Positions 20,129 through 32,800 of a DNA stretch of 64,000 nt are shown here, one piece after another (within the stretch, counting starts at the first letter, position 1; the number at the start of each line of letters is the position of its first letter). Below the pieces are notes generated by a model, which saw nothing but the letters and a program-made list of their open reading frames with translations, was not told where the DNA came from and did not search any database. Source of the stretch: Euglena gracilis (Eukaryota); assembly GCA_039621445.1 (NCBI GenBank), contig CP154954.1, positions 49,331,847-49,395,846 on the forward strand, read 5' to 3'. Both the position numbers and the translations under genes were made by a program.

Positions 20129-23100
20129 GTCCAAGTTGCTGTTCGTATAAGACCCATGACAAAAGCTGAACAGCTCTCTTCTCTTCTGAATCCTTGTTGC
20201 CAGAAGAACTCCTGGTGAAAAACACCTTCTGACTCGTGAGTGTCTATTTGTGGGGGAAGTGCATTTCGAGTTGTGTTGTCTGTCAGTGTTGAGGTTCGCC
20301 CCAGACAGGTGGGTCATGCGTTTCTGGAGCCGTGCTGGGAGTTCCTGTTTTGCTCTGGACCAAAAATCGCTTCAAGGCCAAGCATTGTGGGGGTCTTTTG
20401 GGGGGGACCCCCAGGGCAGAACGGGAATCGGCCAAACAGCCAGGGTGGTGGGGGGGGGGGGGGTCGACCACCCCCCCACCCCCTGCATGGTGGGGGGTCG
20501 ATCAGCCCGCCCCCTCCCCACCACTTCTTCCCGTATTTCCGGGAGGACCAATTTTTGGACCCGAAAAAAAATTTCCAGCGCCTTCGGCGCCGGGTGTTTT
20601 TTTTGACCCATTTTGGGACCCATATAGGGGGTCCCCCCAAAAACCACCCAAAACCCCATTTTTTCACACCTTCCAAAAAATCGACATTTTCTCAAAATGT
20701 TGATTTTGAGAGGTTTTTGAAGCGAACAATGCCATTGAAAGTCCAAAAAAGTTCAACGAGAAAAAATGTCAGTAAAATTTGGCTGTGCCAAAATTTCGTC
20801 CACTTTTTTTTACCCCACCCCCCCCCTAAAAGTACCAGTTTTTAGGACGGAAAATTTTGAGTTTTTTTGTGAAAAAAATGTGGTTTTCCATCAAAAAATC
20901 ATGTGTTTTGGGTTCATTTTTCAAAAAATTTTCAAAATTTTTCTGGCCAAAATTCCCGTTTCCCCGAAATTGGTGAAAATGCTGTGGTGGGTGGGGGGGG
21001 TCGACCCCCCCCCCAGGCCTTTCCGTTCTGCCCTGTTAACCCCTCCAAAGAAGCGTCCCTCCTACAGCTGGTGCCCTCTGTTCTTGGAACAGTTTGACAA
21101 ACTCCACAAAGAAACAACAGCTTTTATGAAGTGCTTCAACAGAATTCCCCAACTTTTTGACAGGGTCGTTGGAACAAAACAACATATTGTTTGATAGTTT
21201 TGATATAATTCACAAAGCATCCTGAGTGCCAAAAACCGACATGTCTAAATTCTTTGTCAGTTTTATTTTTGAAAACATTTCAGAAACGCTGTCCAAAAGT
21301 TCCAAAAACCTCTTCTCTGGAGTTTCATTCAAAATCCCAATCCGTTTCAACAACAAGGGCATTAGCTGTAAGAAGTTGTTCAAATGGTGCAGGTCTTCCC
21401 TGCCCCCCTCCGAAGGGTTTTTTTTTGGCTTGTGCCACCCCCCACATTTTTGGGTTCTGCACCCCCACTTGGCATAATAGGGGGGGGGATGACCCGCGCG
21501 AAATAAGTGGGGATGGCTTATGTCGTGGGGATTGAACAACCAGTGGTCATTTTCCACCCAGAAATCACCAGTCTCCTCAATTACGCTGCAATTCTCCAGT
21601 TGGAAGTTTCAGGGGTTCCTTGTAGAGGAAAAGCTGCCCTGATGGTGGTATTGCAGAAGGTGCAATTGTTGCAGATGGCCATTTCGGTGTCAAAACAACT
21701 CGAGTTGGGGAACCCCCGAAAGAGTTTGTCTACAAGCAAGTCTCCATTTCTTTTGGAAAAAAATTCTTTTGTCCAATGTGACACCGACACACAGGGGAGG
21801 TCGACCCCCCGATGCCGGGGGAGGGGTCTGGGACCCCATACTCCCCCCCCCCAGGGCCCAGGGGGTGGGCAAGGTATAAGTGACCATCCCCCCGGCTGAG
21901 AGGGGATTCGACACCCCCCCTCAACTAAATTTTTTCTTCCCCGGCGCTCCGTATGTTTTTATCATCATTTTGTTGAAAAAAACTCCTGAAAACGCAATTT
22001 TGGACACTTTTTGAAATCCCTCAAAAATAGTTTCCGGCGCTTCCAATAAATTTTTGACATTGACATTTTTTGGGTCGAATCCTCAAATTGAGATTTTCAA
22101 ACTTTTTTTTAAATACGCCTGAAAATTCGGACTTTGGCACAAAAATTCGGAATATCCAGCATTTTTGTCAAAAAAGTCTTTTGCAAACCGTTTTTCCTAG
22201 GAACTTTGATGATGTTCTTTTTTTTTTTTTTAACAATACCAACTTTGATTTCGGGGATTCCCAAATAGCCCCCCCCCATATTGTTCCCATCGGGCATCGG
22301 CTTGGGTGAGGGCCATTATTCTTGGGCACTGTTTTGAGTCAGGAGTGTTATTTTAGGCTAGGTGGGCACTATTTTCATATGGAGATTGGAATTGTAAAAC
22401 AGTAGGATGGATGGAGGAGTTCAGATTTGCGGATATGAAATCTTATTACATTATTGTATTTTTTAGTTTCATTGTAATTTTTTTATCATTATTATCACAT
22501 CATCATCATCATTAATCATTGTTGTTGCTGTTGTTGTTATATTATTATTGTATTACTCCAGGAGATACCAGCACCTGCAAACGGACTTTTGTGAATATCA
22601 GATCCAAACAGATGGGATTGAGATGGTGCCAGAGGAGGGATGGAAAAGGGTTCCCAAATGACAATCCGTATTGTTGTGCACAATGAAACTTAGCCGAGGC
22701 AACCACGCTTAAATATATGAAGCTGGGGGGGGGGGGCGAGCTTTAAAACTGGGAGAAGAATTAAATTGGCCAGGCCACGGTCAGTTGCTGAAGAGCAAGG
22801 GCCCCCTGACCAATTTTTTTTTGAACGTCCCTGTTTCAAATGGAGATTTGGCAACGATTACGTCTTCGACAGCGGGCAAGAAGAGGTTTGGGATTGCATC
22901 GGAAAGCCAATGCTGGCAGATGCCTATGATGGCTATAATGTGACTCTCTTTGCCTATGGGCAAACAATCAAGGCTGTTCCATTTCTGCAATGTTTAATCT
23001 TTTCTTCTTCCTTTCTTTCCATCAGTCTATTCAGTCTGGATCATTTGGGTCAAAGTTCAACAGGATTGGATGGTTTCACCTCATTTGACACCAAAAATCA

Positions 23101-26100
23101 CCGTTTTCCCCCAAGGGAAACAGTTCTAAGCTTTGAGAAACGTGAGTGTTGTTTCAAAAACCTCTTAATCGCATTTCTTTGCCGTAGTTCTATGTCATTT
23201 TCATTTTTCAGAAAAGTTTTGGAGGATTTGGGGGGGATTTGGAGCCGGGGTGATTCTGTGGAATAAAACAGCACAGACGGATGGACCCAAAGTTTATGAG
23301 TGAAAAGGGAGCTCAGCAAGCTAAATTCAAAGAAGAAGTTGGGCTCAGCAAGCAAAAAATGTATGAAAATTCAAAATTCAACGGGAGGAAAAGGAGCGCC
23401 TGGGTGGTACATTAAATTGACAGCTTTTCGACATTGATTTGGTTTGGCTCGATCTGGGGCAGGTGCCTGCCAAAAGGCATCCCGAATACATACCACCAAC
23501 AACACCCCCAGTGATTTCCATCCGAAAACGCTAATTTTCCCGCTTTGGGGAAACTTCAGAGGCCCATCAAGCACTGGATTAACTTTGAGGAAAGAAGCAG
23601 GTGCTTCTGTGAAAATGAACACAAACGAGCCATCTGGCTTTCACAACAACACATATTTTTTTTGTTTTTGTTTTTTGATACGATATATTTCTTACGGGTA
23701 TGAATCCCCCAGTTCCCACCGGAATGGCCCTGCCCACAGGGTCTGGTAAGACATACAGCATTATGGGGGAGGAAGACAGGGTTTGACAAAAGGATCTTTT
23801 TACTCGGGACCTGCTTGGGGACACAATTGACCACAGAACTGGGTGCTGCCTCCCCAGGTCCAAAAAAACCCCAGGGCAGGTGATTGGGTATCCCCCCATG
23901 TACCACCCCCCCCATATTGTCCCCCCCCCCATATTGTCCCTCGGCCCGGCCGACGAGGGGTTTTTTTGGCTCGGTCAATGAAATTTCCTTTGGTACCCCC
24001 ATATTGTCCCCCCCCCCCATATTGTCCCGTCAGGCCTCCTGGGGAGAGGTCGGTGGGACAATATGGGGGGGGGGGGGTGGTAATTGAACCCCCCCCCTGG
24101 TCATTGACCCCCTGGGCTGTTGAGATTGCATCCCCATAGTTGGCTCCGTGCGGAATAATGGCCATGCTACTTCTGGAGGTCGGGCCGACCTAGGTCGGGC
24201 CGACCATTGGCCATGGCTTATCGACCTCTGGAGGTCAGGCCGACCAGGTCGGCCGACCCCCCCTTTTTGGAAATTTAAGGCCCCCCCCCCCTCAAAAAAT
24301 TTGATTCTCTTATTTCAATTCGAAATGAATGTAAACACATCTGAATGTCCTTAAAAACGTCAAAAAAACGTCCCAAATTCAAAAAAAATTGTGGAAAACG
24401 GCTAACTCAGGTGAGATACATGACCAATGACAAAAATTCCTTTGGTGTGCAATGCCCAAACCCTAACCCTGACCCTGACCCTAACCCTAACCCTAACCCA
24501 GCTCTTTCATCCCATATTGAAAAAAAAAATTGAAAAACGCGAACTTAGTCGGCCTACGGCCTCCTCCGGGGGGGGGGGGCGGCAGCCCCCCCCCCCCCGG
24601 ACCCCCCGGTTTAAAATAACAAAATCCCCTTGTGTGTGCAAGACAAGGATGGCCAAAACGCGCGTTCTTTGTGCTAACTTAGTCGGATTTCAGTGACGGT
24701 CGGATAGCAAACAAGTATCTTCTTTGAGGCCAGAAAAATTTTTGATGTGTGTAGCCGGCTGTTCAGAAACGTGATAAATTGGCCCCTTCAAGGTACCAGC
24801 TACCCCAAAGAGCCGCCCAACTAGGGTTAATACACATGGGGGGACCCTCGCTCGGCGCCTCGCTCGGGTCCCCCCATGTTTTTAACCCTAATTGGGCGGC
24901 TCTTTGGGTTCGCTGGGTACCTTGTAGAGACCAATCTAACAACGTTGAGCGGGAAATGTTCTGCTGTTTGGATAAGAATCGTAACCCTGACCCTACTCCT
25001 TCAAATAACGTCAGAAAATCTTTTTTACCACAGGTTGATGCCATCAGGAATTCTTTTTATGCTAAAATTGCACTTTTTATGCTCCACAGGGTTTGGCCAA
25101 GGGTTTGGATGCTTTTGAAAAGGAAAACCATTGAGGTCGTTTCTATCGACCTTGTGGTCGGCCCGACCTCCAATTGGTTGGGCCGACCATATGGTCGGTA
25201 ACCCAAACAGGTCGGGCCGACCAGGTCGGCCCGACCTACAGTCAAAAGTCCTTTGAAAAAGGGGGGGGGGTAATGCAGTACAGTGGTGTTTTCTGTCGAC
25301 CTCCAGAACTAGCATGGCCAATATTCTGCCCGGGGCCCCCATAGTTGGCCCCCTCTTCTGTTGGGCCAACCGACCGCGAAAAAAGTTACAGGTTCAAAAA
25401 TGCACTTTCAGGAATGTTTTCCCCACAGAAATGTGTTTTTTGACAGACGATTTTTTGATCAGACGAGCACACTTGAGGAAGTTGGGGACCCAGATGCTTT
25501 TTTTTGCTTTTTTGGATGATTCATCCAGATGTGGAATGTCAGCCCAAGTATGGGGAAAGTGACCCTCCTGAACTGTTGGGTCCAACTTGACCCCCGAGCT
25601 TGACCCCCCTCCGCTGTTAGGCCCAACTTGACCGGTCAATAACATGAAGGGGGGGGTGTTAACCCCCCTCCTCCCTGGGATATTACCATGCCTGAGAACT
25701 TGTCAGGGCCCTGCCCGGGAAACTTTTGGGTCCCCAGGAAGGGCCAATGTGTCATAATTTGGGATTTACTTAGCCGGACCCTCACGTGGGTCCAGCCAGC
25801 CAGCACCTTTTTTCCAGCCAACTGCAAGGCTGTACAGGAGCTCCTGAAACCCAATGTGGTGGGGGGGGGGGGTCGACCCCCCACCCCCATCCTCAGGTAT
25901 AGATGGAAAGCCCATCGGTTCATATTGAGTTTGGTGAAATGTGTGAACAAAAATATGCAAAAATCCGCTTACCCCCCCCCCTCAAAGAGCACCGTCCAAA
26001 GTGGCCAAAAAATATTGGCAAATTTGGGTTTACCCCCCCTCAAACTTTTTCCTTCGGCACCAAAAGCGCCAAGGCCAAAATTGCCCCAAGAAAGCAATTT

Positions 26101-29100
26101 TTTTTTTACCGACTGGTGCCCCCGGGGGGGGGGGGTGAGTTCGTGGGGACCCAGAAATTTTTCATTGAAAATGGCCTTTTCTGGGCCCCCGGCACCTTCG
26201 GCACCAGGGTCGAAGGGGGTGCCTGCCCAAAAACCCGACCCCCCCTGGGGGGGGGTTCGGATGGGTGCTCTTGGGTGCCTGGCACCCACCCCCCCGTGGG
26301 GTAGGCCCCAACGGAAAAAAGCCTGCCCCCCACAAAGTGTCCCCCCCCCAGCGTGGCCATTTTGGGTCCCACGGTGCCTCGAGGGTAGCCACTTTGGGGG
26401 TGAGGGCACATGCGCACTTTTCTTGAGACTTTTTTGAGACTTGGAAAACTTTCAGGAAGGCCTGGACCCTTGGACATTTCTTCAAACAGTGACTAAAAAA
26501 GAAATGGAAAAAGCGGCCCAAAGTGGCAAAAAATGGCTTGAAATGACCTCAACTTGCCAAAGAAAAAGGTAAAAAAAAGTTGGCCCAAATGGCCAAGAAG
26601 GTCCACAGCACTGAGGGGGTTCCCCCCAACCACCCACCCCCTGGGGGGGGGGGTGGGGGGGGGGGGCTGGTCCCGGAGGACAAGCAGCCCGACACGCCCC
26701 TCTCCCTGGGGGGCCAGGTGGGGGGGTATCTGCTGGGGTTCGATATGAGGAGGGTGTACGGGGTTTAGGTGGGGTGCCCTCCTGGGACCAGAGGAGGGGT
26801 CCGGACCGACCCCAGGGGCGTGCCCGGGACCCCCCCAAAAGGTCAATTTTTTCCTTCTGGCGCTTCGCACCGTAAAATTTTTTGGCCTTTCTGACAAAAA
26901 ATACTTGCCCAGAATGTGTCCAAAATGGCACATTTGCAATTTTGGGGGTCAAAAATCTCGGCCCAGCGCTTTATGCCAGACTGAAATCGGTCACCCAGAC
27001 TGTGCCACAATTAAGTCGGGACCCCCCCCCTGCTGGATCGGAGGGGGATCCGACCCACCGTCCCCTCCCTCCATGGCAAGTTCCAAAAATAGCTAATTTT
27101 TTTCTTCCAGTGCTGCGCGCCAATAAATAAACAAGAAATGCCATTTTCCCTTCACTTTTGAGAATATTCCTGTTTTGCTTTGGTGTTTTTCTGCATTAAA
27201 AGGTTTTGAAAACCGTTCAAAAATGAGCATCTTTGGATTTATTTTCAAAGAGGAATCAGGCTTCGGCCTGGTATCTGGCTGGCCCTTTGCCAGTCCAACA
27301 AAAATTTTCCTGGCCCCCTTCAGTTGGAGGGGGGGTGCGACCGACCCACCCAACCCCTCTGTGTTGGGAGGGGTGGTCAGGACCCCCCTCAAGGCTTCCC
27401 ACACATCCCTGCCCATCCTGCTGGGTGGGGGGGGACGACCCCCCCCCCTCACCAGGCTTTCCCGGGCTTCCGGGGGGTGCCCATTTAAAGTCAATTTTTT
27501 TCTTCGGCACCGAATAAATTTTCCCTTCGGTGCTGTAGTGGGTGGGTAGAGGTCAACCCCCCCCACCAGGCCTTCCGTACGGCCCTGGCCGGCTCCCCCC
27601 CGTGGATGAGGGGCTCGGGGGGTGTGGGCTATTGTGCTGGACCCGGGTTGTACCCCCCCCCCTCCCCCTTGACCACTGAACCACCCGTATTTGCCAACCC
27701 CCCCCCCCAATCGGGGGTTGCGTACAACCCGCGATTGGCGATGACCTCACAAAGCAGGGTTTTTTGGGGCATCGGGTCATACGACCCCGGTCGGGGAATT
27801 GCAGGTCAGGGGCTTTGTTGCTCCCCCCCCTAGTTTTTCACATTGGGTGTTCTTCTGTGAGCCCCAGTTCAGCAAGCGTCTCTGAGGAAAAGGGGTGCTT
27901 GCCAGCAAGCCCAGAATTCTACAGGAGCCAGCCCAAATTTCAAGCTCTGCCCAGCAGCCACTGGGTCGCAGGGGGCAAGGGGGGGGGTCGAATTACTGGT
28001 GATTTGACCAGGTCGCCATACCATGACCACATCATTGTCGCTATACCATGACCAATGGTCTCCAGCAACCATCAAAAATCCCATGGCCAATTTTTCTGTT
28101 CTGCCCCACAACCCCCCCCCCCCCGGATGAACGGGAATAAAAACAGGAATTGCTGCAACCGTATTTGCCCCCCCCCCCCAACCTGCAGTCAAACCCTGGA
28201 GGAGGGGTTCCCTGGCCTGATTCCCCGGTTCGTCAGTGCCATGATGGGGATGGCCCAGGACAAGCTTCAGGCAGACTCAACCCTCTCTGTGAAGAGCATG
28301 AACCTCCTTGGCATTTTTAATTTTTTGTTTTTTTCAAAAAGTTGAATTTTGAATTAAATAAATTAATTTTAAAACCACAAGATTAGTATTCAGTATTCCA
28401 CACCAGTGCCATGGAGGTTTATGGCCCGCTCACGATGGAGTACATTGAGATCTATAACGAAAAGATTCGTGATTTGCTTGAAAGAAGGAAACCAGGACAA
28501 GTTGAGTTAAGTGAGCTGTTCAAGAGACACCACAAGCTTATTTTTTCTAGTTTTTTTGTTAAATTTCTTATTTAATACTGTTAAAAAATAAGCTGCTGAA
28601 ATTATATACATATGTGTATTTTTTAAAAATAATATTTTCTTGTTGACAGCTTCTGGTCATTGCCGTGTCAGCCACATCATCACGCCCTGTTTTGTTTGAA
28701 GCGCATGGACCAGACTTATTTTCAGGAAGCCCCCCCGGGGGTGTGGCAGGGGGGTGGGGTGAGGCATTTTCGACCCTCCACCAGGGGTGGGTCACCGAAG
28801 GCACCAGGGCCCGAAAATGTCCATTATCAAGGGGGGAAATTGATTGGGTCGGCCTAGGCCAAGACCCAAAGGACCCCCCAGGGTATTTGCTATGCCGCCA
28901 CAGGGGTTGGTCAAAAGAAGCCTGCATGGACAATTTGACCTCAAGTGCCTCAAGTGCAGTCAACTGTGGCAATTTTTAGATAAAATCGAATTTGAAAATT
29001 GTGACCAACAAAAATGTTTGAAATAATGGGTGGTGCTTTCATGCCCAGCTTGATTTACCATGAACCCCCCTCTAAATGACCCCCCATCCCAATGACCATT

Positions 29101-29720
29101 TGGGGGGGGGTCCCTTTGGTGTGCGGAAGTCCCCCCTAAGTGAACCCCTTTCCCCTAGATGACTCTTTGGAGGACATGGACCAATATCAACAAGGTCAGA
29201 AGGGGTTGATGATAAATGAATAACATCCTCCCTGCCATTTGAGACGTTTTTTTTTTTTTTTTTTCTTTTTCGACCGGCCCTGCATGAAACAAAAGACCAC
29301 CGGGTTTTTGTGGAGGGAGTGTCGGTGCACACCATCTTGACACTTGAACGGGTGAACACACTGCTGGCCAAGGGTTTTGCACAGCGGCAGACTTCAGAAA
29401 CAAATATGAACGAAAAGTCTTCACGGTCTCATGCCGTTGTTATCTTTCGCTTGGCACAACTCAGGGAACGTTGCCCGTGTTCATTGGAAATTTGTGGTAT
29501 CAAGCCTCTATTTTGTCATCTTTTGATCTTTTCTGAATTTGCTTTTTTTCCAACTCGCAAAATTGGTCCCGACAGAACGAAATGATGGGGTGATATTGGC
29601 ACCTCCACCTCGCATCATAGATCCTCTAAGATTTTTGGATTTGGCAAATTAACAAACCAACCAACCAACCAACCAACCAACCAACCAACAAACAAATAAA
29701 CAAGCAAACAAACAAACAAA

Positions 29721-29804
<84 letters not shown>

Positions 29805-32800
29805 ACACCACACCACACCAAAGCCCATCCAGCGTCAAAAAACAAGCTTTGATGATAATTGCATGTGAATTGCGGAAGAACTTGTCGGCCAGGATCATTT
29901 ATTTCCTCTTGCGTTCTCGCGTCAATTTGTCAGCAATGTTGTTCACAAAAGTCTCGTGAAAAGATTACCCCTCCATTGTTTTGTGTCTGACCATCAATCC
30001 AAGCGTTGTGTGGGGCAGCAGTCCCTGGGGACAACCCACGACCCTCCCAACCCAGAAGCGCGCGACGTAGAGAGTACCATTTGTATTGTGGACCTTGCAG
30101 GCAGTGAGCGCCAGAGCAAGACTGGGTCCTCAGGAGACCGCTTTGAAGAGGCACGGAGGATTAACCTCTCCCTGTTGACCCTCAGCCAAGCTGTTCTTTT
30201 GAAGGTGAGGGCAACAACCCCCCCCCCTCCCCACAGGTGCGCAGGGTGGGGGTTTCATCCAGGGTAGGGGACCACCTGCCAGGTGTCCAGCCAGAACCAC
30301 GTGGGAATACCCGAAACCCTGCGGGTGGTGGGGGGATCAACCCCCCCAACCCCCATCCTGGTGGGGGGTCGGACCCCCCCCACCAGGCTTCCTTGTATTT
30401 CCGGGTGTGCATTTTTGGGTCAACGTTTTCTTTTGGTGCCAAAGGAATCTTTCCAGGGTGCATTGAAATGAAAATATCCAGTTTAACCAAGCTGTGTCCC
30501 TTGAAAAAAATTTCGGCACATAACCAAACGACTATGAAGCCCTGCGGTTGGTGGTGGGGCAACAGGTTTAATAGTATTTTCTGAGAAAGTTTGCCCAGGA
30601 AGTGTCGCAAAAAAATTCTTTTTGGGGTTTGTTTTTGTGGTACAATTTATTTCGGCTCAGTGACTCCCCCATGCCTAAAATGGCCCAATTTGGCTCCCTC
30701 CCCCCCCCCCCTCCCCCCTAGCCCCCCCCCCCCCCCGGCTGTTGGGGCCAACAGCCCCCCCCTCCCCCAGTTGCCCCCCCCCCCCCGGCTGTTGGGGGCG
30801 AAATGTACCCCCTTTTTTATTTTTGAGGCAATTTTGGCTTGGCGGCTTGTTGGCCCCCCTCCCCCCTTCGTGTCACCCAACCCCCTTTGCCATAAAGCAC
30901 CAGGGGGCACAAACCAGAAGGAAAATATAAAACCTGTTGTCGATGACAAGCTCACCCAGCCCCCAGGGTCCAGTACATGGCAGGTAGAGTGGGGGGCCTG
31001 CACCATGATTCACTTAGTTGACCCCAAAGCTGCCCAAGTTTTTCTGAAAATGCGCAACACTCCCCCATGAGAGGTTGACACACCCCCCCACCCATCCTTT
31101 TTCAAAAAAAAATAATTGTGCCCAGCATTCAGTGGGGAAGGCTGCACTGGCCCCAGGGTTGTATGGGAAGCTCCGCAGACATGAGGTAGGTGGTGGGGGG
31201 TCACCCCCCCCCTAGAGGGGTAAGGTGGTAGGGGGGGGGCCCTCCACCCCCCCCCCAGTTTCGGAAGGGGGGTCCCCCCCTCCCCCCTCCCCCCCTCCCC
31301 CTCCTATGCAGAGGAAAAAAAAAATTTCCGGCGCTTCGCGCCGGGGGTGTATTTTAGGACTTTTTTGGAGGCTCAACATGAAATTTTGGCAAAATGGCCA
31401 AAAATGACCACAAATCGGTATAGGTGGGGTTGCATGGAAATCAAAGCACTGTTAGATAAGGCATTTTAAGGGCTTCAATTTAGGTATTGGACATTTCTTT
31501 TGATTCCCCACCATTTTTGAGAAATTTCAGAAAAATTGACCTTTTGACTCCAAAAAGCGGTCGAAATTTTCGGCGACCGAAAACTGGAGGTAGGAGGGGG
31601 GTCCCCCCACCCCCCCCCTCCCAGTTTCGGAAGGGGGGTCCCCCACCCCCCCCCCTCGGAGATTCCCAAACAACCCTGACTGGCCCGGACCATGTTGGCC
31701 CCAACAGGCCAGGGAGCCTGCTTCGGGGGGGGGGGGGGCATGTTCACTCTAATTGGGGAACTTTGGGGGTTAAAAATGACAAACACATTCGAGCGTTTTG
31801 CGGATCCCACTGGGGTCACCCCGGCAGCCAGCATGACCGGAGCATGACCGGTTGCTTGAGAATTCCCATTGCCCTTCAAAATGGCTTTCAGAAAACGGAA
31901 AACCCCTCTGGGTTGGCCGAGGACAGCCTGCCTTGGGCCGTGCGCTGAACTCATTTTCTGAAGGCAAGGGGCCACCGGGCACTCCCTCTTTTCGGCACTG
32001 TCTCGAACCTTGTTTTCTTTTGGTGGAAAAAGATGTATGAATCAGATTTGAATGTGGTGTTCATCATTCATTGTATTGATGGAGTTCAGCCCACCAGCAG
32101 GTATCCAGTTGGTTTGATTTCTGAAAAATTTTGCGTTGCATGAGCAGGGTGAGGGGTCGCTGCCAATCATCAATAGCAGAAGGTTTCCACCATTTCCCAC
32201 CCCCCCTGGGGAGTATTTGCCTGGTTGCAAGGAGGGATAGCAGTAGATATTCATTTATCCAACTTTTTTTTAATGCGCTATGCATTCACCACATTTTGTA
32301 TGCATTCACAAATTCTTTTTCTTTTGTTGGTTATTTGCTCACCCACTGCACTGGCACTGGATAATGAGGGCAGTAGTGCAGGCAGATGGCATGGTTTTAG
32401 AAATGGACGGGTGCTGCCGTTGCGCGAGTCCAAATTGACGCGGTTGCTGTCTGAGAGTTTCGGTGGGAACTCGAGGACTTGGATGCTGGCCTGTGTCAGC
32501 CCCAGCATGTACAACTACATCGAGACCGTCTCCACTTTGTCCAGCAGGCTCCGCAAACAAAGCTCTCCGGGCACGCTGGGGGAAAATGGGAAGTTCTGCC
32601 CTGGTTTCAAAAGGCTTGGGTTCCTTCCGTATTCGTTGAGCTCTGCTGCGTGCAACGTACGCGTCTTCGGCAAAGAACATCATCAACCATGCAAAGGTCA
32701 ACGCTTTGCAGCAGAAGCTTGAGTTGCAGCCAGGCTGTTTTGTTTGAGGGCAAGAAGGAAGGCATTTCGGCCTCCATGTTCCAGAATGTGCTGGGGACAT

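Larger units (their letters stand above)
23774..28203 (+). other. 4.4-kb nonconventional intron with perfect 11-bp terminal pairing
   Basis: agaCAGggtttgac ... gtcaaaccCTGgagga; join gives [13 protein letters not shown]. Confidence 0.9.

Noticed and set aside
20168-22855. Single intron joining RPMTKA directly to DYVFDS
   Set aside because: Ends can pair, but this would delete needed motor strands; in-frame intermediate exons exist at 21641 and about 22791.
24459-24498. True telomere
   Set aside because: Only about 6 degenerate units, internal to a repeat inside an intron.
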